From the sequence record MN871451.1: a stretch of 64,000 bases of DNA, one strand, 5' to 3'. Positions 1 to 9,011 of this stretch are shown piece by piece. Position numbers and translations under genes: made by a program. Under the pieces are notes generated by a model. It was not told the origin of the DNA, did not search any database, and saw only the letters and a list, made by a program, of their open reading frames with translations. Positions within the stretch are counted from its first letter, which is position 1, and every line of letters begins with the position of its first letter.

Positions 1-1305
1 TTAGGAAATACAACATACCCATCTGGTGGTTTTGTCCATACTCGCGAAGTAAAAATCACTGGCGTAAAAGTTGCGCAATTTTATGGCGGAATCAGGATTG
101 GTTCTACTGATACGTATTTAGATGTGGTGGAGAACTGCGCTTTTTATCGAAACGGATATGGTATCGTCACCGATGCAGGCGTGAACTGCGTTAACTCCGG
201 TGAGAACATGCGCTTCGTCAACTGCCTCATTGGTGACAACTATTTGGGCGGAGTCTACCGAAACGATACTGTCCATATGTTTAAATATTTTGGTTGTAGT
301 TTCGACTATAATACAAACGATGTTGTTTTTTATTCGCCAGTGAACATAGGTCAGGATACGTTGATCGAGTGTCACGTTGAAGGCTTCCGTTATTTAGCCA
401 ATTGCCCAACTCGTACAACAGGCGCTGGCGAAAATAATTTTAAAATGATCGGCGGAAATATCTTCATGTACGCGTTTGTTAATGATCCTTACCGTGGAGT
501 CAGGACAATTGGTTTTGCGACCACTACACGCACCGCTATCGACCTTGACAACGTAAACATTTTCTGTTACGGCCCGCACGTTAATAGCGCTTATGGGAGT
601 TACAAGGCGTACGATCCCACTAACCAGATCAAAATAAGAATACGTTACCCTTTACGCGGACAAACCTATCGTTTTCTGCCATCTTACGATACCTCTGACG
701 GTTACATTTTGAATAATACAGGGCTACTGTTTAATGGTACCGCTGGCGCGGCCTTACCGACTGCCAGGGCAATTGGACAGTGGTACGTAGTTGCTAACGG
801 TTCAACTATCGTCTATGGCTCTGCAGCAGATGCAGATTCGGATGGCCTGATCCCAGTGACAATTACTGCTACAAGTACAACTAACTCGGTTAACCTTCTC
901 TGGGGTACGCCAATTAATAACAGTAACAGTCAACAGAAATTTCATGTGTCCTGTTCAGTCAAAGCCGGTGCTGCAACTACTGGCAACGTTTACGTACGTG
1001 GTGTGTGTCGTTTAGTTTCATCTCAGACTTTTACTAATAACGCCACGACTAACGTAGTGTCAATGAGCGAAAATTATAGTGGATATGCCTTGGGTCCACA
1101 GCAAGATATTTTAAACTCACTAACAAAAACTGGCATCACCCTTACCGCAGACAATTACATGGGTACCTACATGCTTTCATGCGATACCGGTACGTCTCAG
1201 TACGGTTACGCTGGACTTAACTTTACCGGTTTCGTTGGTACCATCCAAGTTAAGCTGCCTGCGGTTTGGTTTTCCGATCAACATCCGACTTTAGGGTATT
1301 TGTGA
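1..1305 (+). CDS. Tailspike / tail fibre with beta-helix (5'-truncated by the window)
   Basis: The frame is open from base 1 (LGNTTYPSGG...) through the 124..1305 ORF. Beta-helix-like repeats (ENCAFYRNGYGI, SGENMRFVNCLIGDN) are followed by a T/S/N/G-rich C-terminal beta domain. First gene of an RBP cluster. Confidence 0.8.
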   Translation, partial: LGNTTYPSGGFVHTREVKITGVKVAQFYGGIRIGSTDTYLDVVENCAFYRNGYGIVTDAGVNCVNSGENMRFVNCLIGDNYLGGVYRNDTVHMFKYFGCSFDYNTNDVVFYSPVNIGQDTLIECHVEGFRYLANCPTRTTGAGENNFKMIGGNIFMYAFVNDPYRGVRTIGFATTTRTAIDLDNVNIFCYGPHVNSAYGSYKAYDPTNQIKIRIRYPLRGQTYRFLPSYDTSDGYILNNTGLLFNGTAGAALPTARAIGQWYVVANGSTIVYGSAADADSDGLIPVTITATSTTNSVNLLWGTPINNSNSQQKFHVSCSVKAGAATTGNVYVRGVCRLVSSQTFTNNATTNVVSMSENYSGYALGPQQDILNSLTKTGITLTADNYMGTYMLSCDTGTSQYGYAGLNFTGFVGTIQVKLPAVWFSDQHPTLGYL

Positions 1306-1499
1306 TGATTTATATCTACAAAGATACTGTGCGAGAGAACGTTTATTTTCTTTCCAGAATTGATTTGGGGGAGGCTATCGTTTTCTTTGAAGAAGTAGAA
1401 AACTATCAGGAAGCCGCACTTGGGTTCTTATCGGAAAAGGGTCTGGATGGTTCTTTTCTTTTAGAAGACAGGACTAGCGAAGACGATTCCGGTAGTTGA
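1305..1499 (+). CDS. Small acidic protein, possible tail fibre assembly helper
   Basis: ATG overlaps the upstream TGA (TGATG); 64 aa; followed by a terminator. Confidence 0.55.
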   Translation: MIYIYKDTVRENVYFLSRIDLGEAIVFFEEVENYQEAALGFLSEKGLDGSFLLEDRTSEDDSGS

Positions 1500-1523
1500 A
1501 TTGTTTTATAGGTTGTTCATAGC

Positions 1524-1557
1524 GAGTAGGGCCGATCGGCCCTACTCTTGTGTTTTT
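1524..1557 (+). terminator. Intrinsic terminator
   Basis: 10-bp stem GAGTAGGGCC-gatc-GGCCCTACTC followed by TTGTGTTTTT. Confidence 0.75.
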
Positions 1558-1606
1558 ATGACGATCTAGATACCCTCTTATTTACCCAGACTATACAGGT
1601 ACCGAA

Positions 1607-4285
1607 ATGGATAAGTCTAGTTTAAAAATTACTGAATTACCGGCGTTGTCGGTAGCCTCTGAGAATGGGTTTATTCCCATTGCCCAAGTTAAAGAAGAAA
1701 ACGACACGTATAAAACAACACTCCGTGCGTTACGTGAAAGTATCATGTTTGAGAACGCCTACTCGAGTACTGCGGCGGGTGTTTCGGCAACGGTTCCTGG
1801 CGATGTGTTCTTTGTTTACACTGACGATACTAAAGAGCATGTTCAAGGCTGGGTTAACAGTGCCGGTGGCGCCACCCCGTTATTGAATGCTAATAGTGAA
1901 CAAATCACTTACGGTACTTACGCGCTGTTGAATAAAGCTCTGAAGAATAAAGGGGCGATTGTACAGTGGGTTTATAATGGCGGGTTAAGTAACGGCGGGG
2001 AGCAAACCTTCACGGTTCCTTTAGCGGGGAATGTCGCAGTACAGGAAGTGTACGTCGATGGTTTGCGTCAGTTTAAAGACGTAGGTTTTGAATTAGTTGC
2101 TGGCGATATGTTGAGCTTTAAACTCGCTACACCAGTAAAAGAAAATCAAACCGTAGTAGCGATCTGTTTTGGTAGCGATGACATTGAGAAAGTCAACGAA
2201 GCGTTGCTCAGTCTATTTAGCGGGCCGACAGGTGCTGCAAATATCGGAATGGCAGCAGGCGGCACCGTAGAGGCCGCCATAGGCGCGCGGGTAGCTACTG
2301 CTGATTTAAGTAGCGTCTATGGAGCAGGGCTGGTCGGTACAGGGAATTACGCTGATCTTCGCAACTATACGGGTTATGCAAGCACGTTGTCTCTTTACGG
2401 TTACAGCACCGCCGGTGATGGTGGGGAAGGGATTTTCGATCGACAAAGCGTAGCTGGTAGTAAAACAGATGATGACTGCGTTCATCTTGTTGATAAATTA
2501 GGCAGACTTTGGAAACGTCGAATCAATGGGAACGTAGTGAAGCTCGCCTGGGCAGGCGTTAAGAGTTACGACCAAACCACCGCACCCCAAGATACCGCAT
2601 TTAAAAATGCATTGAAAGCAGCCGGACAACTCTCCTCTAACGGTTACCCGCAATCGATTATTACCGGGTTAGATAAAGGCGTGGTCTACCTTGCTCAGCG
2701 CCATTATATTCGCTGTGGAACATTCCCTGAATCTCTGTCGTGGATTCTTCCAACTAATTCCGGCGATCGTTTCGGTATTACGGGGCGTTATGCGTTAGAT
2801 CAAGGGGCGGGTTGGTTTGTGGTGCAAGCGAACCGTCCGCTGTTCGATATTGAGATTGACAACACCTCGCTGACATTCCAAGTCAATAATTACACCACTG
2901 CACAGATTGCTGGCTTGGTGGACACTAACTACGCGTTACGACTGGAAAGTATGGTTAACGCCCCGGATATTAAGATATCGGCAGGTGCTTACGCAGGAAC
3001 CGTACTTTACTCCTTAGGGAAGTCTAATTATACCGATGTAACAGCGAAGTGGCCAGATCTTACCGTCGTCCTACCGTCCATTCAGAATCTTGGTACATTA
3101 AGGATGAATAACAAAACAGTGGGTCGCGGGTTCTATCTTCGAAACACTGGTTCAGGCTTAGGTAAAGTTGAATACCTTTGGGAGCAGAATAATTCCCAAG
3201 CTTCCGTTCTGAAAGAAATGTACGATGTAGGACTAGAACATTACGAAGACTTTGTCCCACCGCTGCTGGCGACAGGTGGATTGATTATTGATACTTGCGG
3301 AACAGTAACGATAGGAAGTCTGTTAGTAGGTTCAGGCGGCGGTCCTCACGTCAGAATTTGGGATACTCCAGCGATCACTATCAACAAGATCTTTGGTGTC
3401 CAAGGCGGCCCGACTCTTGCCCAAACCCTCCCCGGCGCGTACTGTATTGAAATCTGTAACTCCCGTGTTTCAATCGGCCTTGTTAATGCGTATTATCCTG
3501 GCGAGTTTATTCGCATGGGCTACAATGCTTACGTTGGCATTGCCGATATTACGGGCTGGTATATGTCAAGAGTGGTCTACGTCACTAACGATACGACCAA
3601 GTTACAATATACCGGACAACGCATTGGTCAACCTAATGATACTGGTATTGTCACAATTTCGAAAGGGATCTTCTACAATCTCGATTACTACGCTGGAGGT
3701 TACGCAGCGCAACCTGTGTTCTACGTAGACGCAACTGTTCTTTACGGGAAAATGACGCTCGATAATATCGAATTCTATAATACCCATTCTGGGTGGACTA
3801 ACCTCACCGAAGATCAGATGTACATCGTCCGTGTAGACAGTCCTAATCCCAATTTCTTCTTTAGTACTCGGAACTGTAAATGGGACGATAATAATTTTAA
3901 TTACGTCATTTACCTTAAGCTACAAAGTCAACTGGCGTATTTCCAGAGCGCACAAACAAGCTACTCACGTATTCGATATGGGGACGGGACACAATCATCT
4001 TTTGGAATGCGGGACGCTACCCATGTTGATTTGACGACAACCGCACTACCATTAACAGGCGTTGACTACGTCTATAATTATCGTCGCGCGGGTAAGTACC
4101 ACGGTGATTTGACTGTCCCTTCTGGTGGTACATGCGTTATCAAAGTGAACGACCAAATATTGTACAATTATACAGCCGCGGGTACTTACCCGTTGAACTT
4201 GGTGCTGTATTACCAAGAAAGGGTCAACATTACGATCACCGGCGCAGTCACGCTAACGAACTCGACGTGGCGTTATACGGTATAA
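1607..4285 (+). CDS. Tailspike / depolymerase with a T4 gp10-like (XD3-type) docking module
   Basis: 892 aa. aa ~118-190 (WVYNGGLSNGGEQTFTV...VYVDGLRQFKDVGF...LATPVKENQTVVAI) resemble the XD3 module of CBA120 TSP4 / G7C gp66. Next come a typical tailspike N-domain (YSTAGDGGEGIF...DDDCVHLVDKLGRLWKR), a QDTAFKNALKAA beta-helix cap and a beta-helix body. Confidence 0.85.
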   Translation: MDKSSLKITELPALSVASENGFIPIAQVKEENDTYKTTLRALRESIMFENAYSSTAAGVSATVPGDVFFVYTDDTKEHVQGWVNSAGGATPLLNANSEQITYGTYALLNKALKNKGAIVQWVYNGGLSNGGEQTFTVPLAGNVAVQEVYVDGLRQFKDVGFELVAGDMLSFKLATPVKENQTVVAICFGSDDIEKVNEALLSLFSGPTGAANIGMAAGGTVEAAIGARVATADLSSVYGAGLVGTGNYADLRNYTGYASTLSLYGYSTAGDGGEGIFDRQSVAGSKTDDDCVHLVDKLGRLWKRRINGNVVKLAWAGVKSYDQTTAPQDTAFKNALKAAGQLSSNGYPQSIITGLDKGVVYLAQRHYIRCGTFPESLSWILPTNSGDRFGITGRYALDQGAGWFVVQANRPLFDIEIDNTSLTFQVNNYTTAQIAGLVDTNYALRLESMVNAPDIKISAGAYAGTVLYSLGKSNYTDVTAKWPDLTVVLPSIQNLGTLRMNNKTVGRGFYLRNTGSGLGKVEYLWEQNNSQASVLKEMYDVGLEHYEDFVPPLLATGGLIIDTCGTVTIGSLLVGSGGGPHVRIWDTPAITINKIFGVQGGPTLAQTLPGAYCIEICNSRVSIGLVNAYYPGEFIRMGYNAYVGIADITGWYMSRVVYVTNDTTKLQYTGQRIGQPNDTGIVTISKGIFYNLDYYAGGYAAQPVFYVDATVLYGKMTLDNIEFYNTHSGWTNLTEDQMYIVRVDSPNPNFFFSTRNCKWDDNNFNYVIYLKLQSQLAYFQSAQTSYSRIRYGDGTQSSFGMRDATHVDLTTTALPLTGVDYVYNYRRAGKYHGDLTVPSGGTCVIKVNDQILYNYTAAGTYPLNLVLYYQERVNITITGAVTLTNSTWRYTV

Positions 4286-4290
4286 TAACA

Positions 4291-4318
4291 CCAGAGAGGA
4301 ATCCCTCTCTGGCTTTCT
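4291..4318 (+). terminator. Hairpin / weak terminator
   Basis: CCAGAGAGG-aatc-CCTCTCTGG followed by CTTTCT. Confidence 0.5.
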
Positions 4319-4331
4319 ACAAGGAATAATC

Positions 4332-6155
4332 ATGTTAAATCGTTTAGTCCAACCCAACGGAAGTACAACAAAAGAGATCATTCTTCGTAACCTTTGTACT
4401 CTACTGGGATTAGAAACAAATCAAATAGCGGTACTCGAGACAAATGTCGACCTTTCCAATGTAAACGTGCTTTTTGATTTTAATACAAACAACTGTTTCG
4501 AAACAGTTTCAGCTACGGGAACGTTGCAAAGTTTCACCAGAAACCAAGATGGAACTTTAAACTTGGTAACGACAACAGGAAGTTTTAACGTTGGCCCATG
4601 GAGAGATCTTGGGGTAATTGATCAGGCTTTGAGCGTCGTTGAAAATTTGTTAGCGGAATTTAAGGGCGAAATTGATAATAAAGGAACAACTGACGGAAAC
4701 GGGCCCTCTGCTTCTGACGATATTTCCGTTGAAGATCAAATGAGCGTAAAAGGTCAATACGACGTCAACCCGGCCCCTGAAGATATTCAAGCGGTAGCTG
4801 GCATTAACTTCGGCGGAAAGAAAAATCTGGGTACCATTCTCATTGATAACCGCGGAAGACTGAAAACCTCAGCTACCGTTGACGGACACCGAACTGCAAG
4901 AAACATTCATGTACCTTTTGCTGAAGGCACAGGCTACTGGAGAGGTCCTTATCAAGACGTCATTGCGCGATTCCCTGTAGACGGCCAAGCGGATGATGAA
5001 ACCTCCCCAGCGATCATGTGGAGTTATGATAAAACCACAAATCTCCCAAGAATCTTTACTGTTTCTCCGCTCCAAACAGGGTTAGTCCCTTTCACTGACG
5101 CTGGGCGTTATCGTTGGAGTTGGGCGAACGGCACAGCTGTCAGAGAATTAGCTCAGCTTGATTCTATTGGACGGAGTCTGGCCAATTCTTACGACACCTA
5201 CTTCACCGTAGACAGTGCTAATGCTAACTTCATTAATTTCGCAACTATTGTAAACCCATCCAATCTTATCGGCGCACGTTTCTCCTGCTTAATTAATATT
5301 GGGAACGCGACAAATAGCAATGTTTTGACATATGTTCTCGATGTCAATTTACCAGATGTCGTTACCGCGTTTACTCAATACAACATTAATAAGTACGTTC
5401 GTTTTACAGGGATTGGTTCGGGTAAGATGTTGGATAATAGCGATGTAAAAAACGCCCTCCAACCGGTTATTGGTTTGGTTCAAGATACAACAACCGGAAC
5501 GGTGAATTTCTACCTAAGAACTCCGGCGCATTCCACTTATTTGAGTTCTACTTGCGTGAACTCCGGAAATGCAAACTTGATCACATGGAATTGGAATAAA
5601 TACATGGGCGGGTCACAATTGACGTCGCTCAGTGGTTCGACCCCTGCAGGGATTATTTGGGCGAACACCGCCTATACAGGGTCAAACTATCGTCGCGTGT
5701 TACTCAATGATGGTTCGAGTTTTGACGTACCAGAGGGTTATGCTGTATTGCGTTGTCATTACAACCACCCGGCTGATTCGGTTATCAATGCCGCTCCCTT
5801 TAAGAAATTCGTTTCTTCTTTTTGTTACGCCACCAATTTTGAAAGTGGTGTTGATTCATTAACATGCACAATACCGAGTCTTAATTTCACGATCACAGGT
5901 GCTGATCTTGCGACAGATATGCCTTGGCAGATAAGGCTACCTCAGATACCAAATAATGCTAACAGTTATCGATACGTTATTGGTGCAACGGATACAACTG
6001 CACATACATTTGCGTTTAGCGTTAGGCAAGTCCTTACTACTGCCACACTGAATACAACAACTAACGCGATCACGGTAACAGAAGCGTTGAGTAGCTCCCC
6101 AGTAGATCTGGGCCCGGCAGTTTGGATAGACGTGTTGGTAAAACTCGCAAATTAA
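4332..6155 (+). CDS. Tail fibre / tailspike with a Kuttervirus TSP-like N-terminal attachment domain
   Basis: N-terminus (QPNGSTTKEIILRNLCTLLGLETNQIAVLETNVDLSNVNVLFDFNTNNCF) aligns by eye with the CBA120 TSP N-terminal domain (QPRGSTS.E...IARNFG....V.Y......LSG..VIYD..TQ). The remainder is T/N/S/G-rich beta structure. Confidence 0.7.
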   Translation: MLNRLVQPNGSTTKEIILRNLCTLLGLETNQIAVLETNVDLSNVNVLFDFNTNNCFETVSATGTLQSFTRNQDGTLNLVTTTGSFNVGPWRDLGVIDQALSVVENLLAEFKGEIDNKGTTDGNGPSASDDISVEDQMSVKGQYDVNPAPEDIQAVAGINFGGKKNLGTILIDNRGRLKTSATVDGHRTARNIHVPFAEGTGYWRGPYQDVIARFPVDGQADDETSPAIMWSYDKTTNLPRIFTVSPLQTGLVPFTDAGRYRWSWANGTAVRELAQLDSIGRSLANSYDTYFTVDSANANFINFATIVNPSNLIGARFSCLINIGNATNSNVLTYVLDVNLPDVVTAFTQYNINKYVRFTGIGSGKMLDNSDVKNALQPVIGLVQDTTTGTVNFYLRTPAHSTYLSSTCVNSGNANLITWNWNKYMGGSQLTSLSGSTPAGIIWANTAYTGSNYRRVLLNDGSSFDVPEGYAVLRCHYNHPADSVINAAPFKKFVSSFCYATNFESGVDSLTCTIPSLNFTITGADLATDMPWQIRLPQIPNNANSYRYVIGATDTTAHTFAFSVRQVLTTATLNTTTNAITVTEALSSSPVDLGPAVWIDVLVKLAN

Positions 6156-6164
6156 GAGGTTTAG

Positions 6165-7892
6165 ATGAACTATTATTACATTGATCCTACCGTATCAGTG
6201 AACGGTACGGGGACAAAAGACTCACCATTTAAAACGTTTTCTGCATTGATTGCACAAGGTTTCAGTCACCCTTGTACTATTGCACTAAAAGCAGGGACAA
6301 CTATTTATGAGAACGTTAATTTTGGCTTAACCTCTTTGTACAACACAACGGGGACCATGTCTTATATTACAAGTTATGGGACTGGACCAAAACCAAAATG
6401 GATTAACACAGACTATTTTAAAGCTGCCACTGCGCTCGATGGGTATAGCTATCGTGCAATGCATTTGACCGCACGTAAGGTACAAAGCGTTACCGTCAGC
6501 GGAATAGAGTTTTATGCCCGAAACAATCTTGTTTCGGTCGATAATAACAGTAGCTGTTTTATTTGGTTTGAATTGCCACCGGTAACTGTGGAAACTGATG
6601 TCGACGTATGGATTGATAATTGTAAATTTATTAGCGATCCGATTGGCAGAAGCGGAAATCATAAAGACTATGATTCCGCCGTCAATATACGTTTAGATGG
6701 TGCCGCCACAAATAGGGCGAATGTTTTTGGTGTCAGAAATTCTTCATTTTTCAATGTAGCGAGATCCATTAACATCGTGGGGAACCATTGGAAAGCAGAT
6801 GATATTACTGACAACTCTAAAGGGACGTATTATTCTCGCGGGGTCAAAGTAGAGAATATTGAGATGACAGGAATCTCAAAAGGAGGCTGTCAGTTTGCTG
6901 GCGTGGAGTCTTTAAACTCCGCCTACGTTGTGGACAAATATCAGTCAGTCATGCGGAATATTACGTATTCAAAATACCGATGGGATAACGCGTTAGAGAA
7001 CACTGAAACGCTATATGCCGATGCGGGGTTTTGGACATGGCGTTGTAATCGAATCATGATTGAAAACATTTTCGGCGGTGGTATGCACCCTTCGGTTACC
7101 GATAATGAAATCATTGATTTTGATTACTGTACGTGGGATTCGGTGGCAAGAAATATCATTGGCTTCAACAATGGCGCCTCGATTCTATTTATGGGCAATT
7201 CTTCTACAAGTGTACAAGGTGGAGCACGAGCGGCGTACGCCCCCTATTCCGGCACTTATACACAGGCGCAATGGTTCTATGATCGAAGGAATGGCCAAGG
7301 TAACAATGTTGTTGAGTTTTCGTTCTTTTTCAATGACGGTATTCAACGATTACCATATCCTTCTTCCGGTTACGACTATTGCACCAACATTCGTTCTGGT
7401 AACATTAATTACAACAATGTGGTCAGGAACTGCGTCTTTATTGACACCGTTTCTCGAACCAGTAAATACCTCGCTAGTAATAATAATTTCCCGTTGTTAC
7501 AGGGTGAAGTTCCTCGATTAGTTATTCAGGACTCGGTCTATTACGCCAGATATAATGACGGTTTAAATATTCTTAAACCTATAACAGACACGGTCAATTA
7601 CAGTAAAGCAGCCACTGTTTTAACTAACGTTGTTGCTTTTTCACAAGTATGGTCAGCAGCTGACATTACAGCCGCCGCTGCCGCCGTGCAATTAGCAGGA
7701 ACGTGCACCAATGTTAATATTACCGATCCTAAAATCGGTTATATTCCATCTCAACCACCAGTGTCCGTTGCAAGTGCAAGAAAGATTAAAACTATGCCAG
7801 GTACTGTTTTGAAAGGGTCGGGATCTAATACTACCACCACCGATATCGATGGGAATTTTATTAATGATATTTGGTGGATGAAAATTACTTAA
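6165..7892 (+). CDS. Right-handed beta-helix glycan depolymerase (pectate lyase-like)
   Basis: Starts YYYIDPTVSVNGTGTKDSPFKT, a typical lyase/DUF1565-like start. Beta-helix rungs follow (IDNCKF, VRNSSF, VENIEM, MIENIF, VRNCVF). No obvious anchor domain. Confidence 0.75.
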   Translation: MNYYYIDPTVSVNGTGTKDSPFKTFSALIAQGFSHPCTIALKAGTTIYENVNFGLTSLYNTTGTMSYITSYGTGPKPKWINTDYFKAATALDGYSYRAMHLTARKVQSVTVSGIEFYARNNLVSVDNNSSCFIWFELPPVTVETDVDVWIDNCKFISDPIGRSGNHKDYDSAVNIRLDGAATNRANVFGVRNSSFFNVARSINIVGNHWKADDITDNSKGTYYSRGVKVENIEMTGISKGGCQFAGVESLNSAYVVDKYQSVMRNITYSKYRWDNALENTETLYADAGFWTWRCNRIMIENIFGGGMHPSVTDNEIIDFDYCTWDSVARNIIGFNNGASILFMGNSSTSVQGGARAAYAPYSGTYTQAQWFYDRRNGQGNNVVEFSFFFNDGIQRLPYPSSGYDYCTNIRSGNINYNNVVRNCVFIDTVSRTSKYLASNNNFPLLQGEVPRLVIQDSVYYARYNDGLNILKPITDTVNYSKAATVLTNVVAFSQVWSAADITAAAAAVQLAGTCTNVNITDPKIGYIPSQPPVSVASARKIKTMPGTVLKGSGSNTTTTDIDGNFINDIWWMKIT

Positions 7893-7911
7893 TCTCGATT
7901 CTTTTTCACAT

Positions 7912-7929
7912 CTATATTACAAGTGTGAA
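7912..7929 (+). promoter_or_regulatory. Phage early promoter (CTATATTAC-N5-TGAA)
   Basis: Contains the phiKZ early consensus TATATTAC; one of eight copies of the motif; intergenic. Confidence 0.7.
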
Positions 7930-8050
7930 GAGGAAATAAGACACCCTCCGATTACTCCTATTTAACCGTTTCTCACAGTGCCGGTTAATAACGAGACATT
8001 CATTTTAATTTATAAGTTCAGGGACTTCGGTCCCTGTCTTATTTCACCTT
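7925..8050 (+). ncRNA. Candidate structured small RNA or regulatory leader
   Basis: Lies between the promoter and a UUCG hairpin/U-tract; no ATG-started ORF. Perfect 11-bp complement between 7933-7943 (GAAATAAGACA) and 8035-8045 (TGTCTTATTTC). Internal stems at 7962-7968/7982-7988 and 8021-8025/8030-8034. Confidence 0.55.
8019..8045 (+). terminator. Intrinsic terminator-like hairpin
   Basis: CAGGGAC-ttcg-GTCCCTG followed by TCTTATTT. Confidence 0.65.
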
Positions 8051-8062
8051 TAAGGGTCAACT

Positions 8063-8308
8063 ATGTTTACTCCCCGTATAGCGCTCTTAGAGAGCCTACA
8101 AGAGACAATATCATTCGTCCCTGACGAGAACCTAGCTTTATTAAACGAAGCCGCACTGTTGCTCTCAGAGCTTCTCCCGCCGTGGGACAATAAAGCCGCT
8201 TACATCACCCCCGTAGAAAACGCACTCACTGGCGCCCATCAATTCGGTAAAATCGTAGAAGATCATTTCTACCCTGCCGAAGACATCCTGAAAAACAATA
8301 TAGACTAG
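8063..8308 (+). CDS. Hypothetical protein
   Basis: 81 aa; AAGGG SD-like motif upstream; ends at a terminator. Confidence 0.65.
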   Translation: MFTPRIALLESLQETISFVPDENLALLNEAALLLSELLPPWDNKAAYITPVENALTGAHQFGKIVEDHFYPAEDILKNNID

Positions 8309-8347
8309 AAAGGAAAGGGGACTAACCCCTTTCCTTTCTGTGTTCTT
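8307..8347. terminator. Bidirectional terminator between convergent genes
   Basis: 14-bp stem AGAAAGGAAAGGGG-actaa-CCCCTTTCCTTTCT between 8063..8308(+) and 8348..8560(-). Confidence 0.75.
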
Positions 8348-8560
8348 TTAAGCGTCGATCGTGTCTACTACGTGCAGGAAACCGTCGGTGTCTTTGGCCA
8401 GAAAACGACCGATTGCTGGTTTATGTTTCTGGACAAACCAATCCAGAAATGTTTCGTTTGCCCCGTCTTCGAAAATGAGCGTGACCGCATTCGGGTCAAT
8501 TTTACTGCGGGTAATCTCAACAATCTTTTGCGCTGTGGTGGGAATGATTGAATAGTTCAT
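8348..8560 (-). CDS. Hypothetical protein
   Basis: 70 aa; fills the gap between the terminator and a divergent gene; one of only two credible minus-strand genes. Confidence 0.6.
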   Translation of the reverse strand: MNYSIIPTTAQKIVEITRSKIDPNAVTLIFEDGANETFLDWFVQKHKPAIGRFLAKDTDGFLHVVDTIDA

Positions 8561-8681
8561 CGCTACTTATGCCTTGTTCATTTTAGGTGTTAACATAGCA
8601 ATATACCGCCTGTTTTTCTTGACTACCCCAAATCTATTTTTAAGTAAACTTTCTATGATAACGACCAATAAGGAAGACAAG

Positions 8682-9011
8682 ATGCAGGTTATTACAAGAG
8701 AAACGATTCTCAATGTGTTAATGAAAGAATGGCAAGAAAAGGTGGGTCGAGTACTCTTTAAACTCCGCGACACTTACCCTGGTAACAACTGCGATTTACT
8801 GGGACGACAACTCATTGTTGCACTCAATCTGAAAACCGGCACATCCGGAATGTACAACGGTGTTCTTTACAACGTGGTTGGAAAACTCACCAACGACACA
8901 ACTCTGACGCTTTACTTTATACAACCCCATGCGGCGACTGAGCTGATCCCTGTCGATCTGACTGTCGTTGACGCACTCTTTATTAAACGCACCCAGGAGG
9001 ACTGGAAATGA
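8682..9011 (+). CDS. Hypothetical protein
   Basis: Probable start ATG 8682 after AAGGAAGA, within ORF 8574..9011. Confidence 0.7.
   Translation: MQVITRETILNVLMKEWQEKVGRVLFKLRDTYPGNNCDLLGRQLIVALNLKTGTSGMYNGVLYNVVGKLTNDTTLTLYFIQPHAATELIPVDLTVVDALFIKRTQEDWK

Noticed and set aside
6362-6380. TATATTAC inside the 6165 gene (also at 24545 and 60773)
   Set aside because: Lacks the leading C and the TG at +5; intragenic in AT-rich DNA; treated as chance.
8348-8560. Resemblance of KHKPAIGRFLAKDTDG to the phage gp49/66-like domain often fused to nucleotide sponges
   Set aside because: The diagnostic GY.SWSP...F part is absent; too weak to call an anti-defence sponge.
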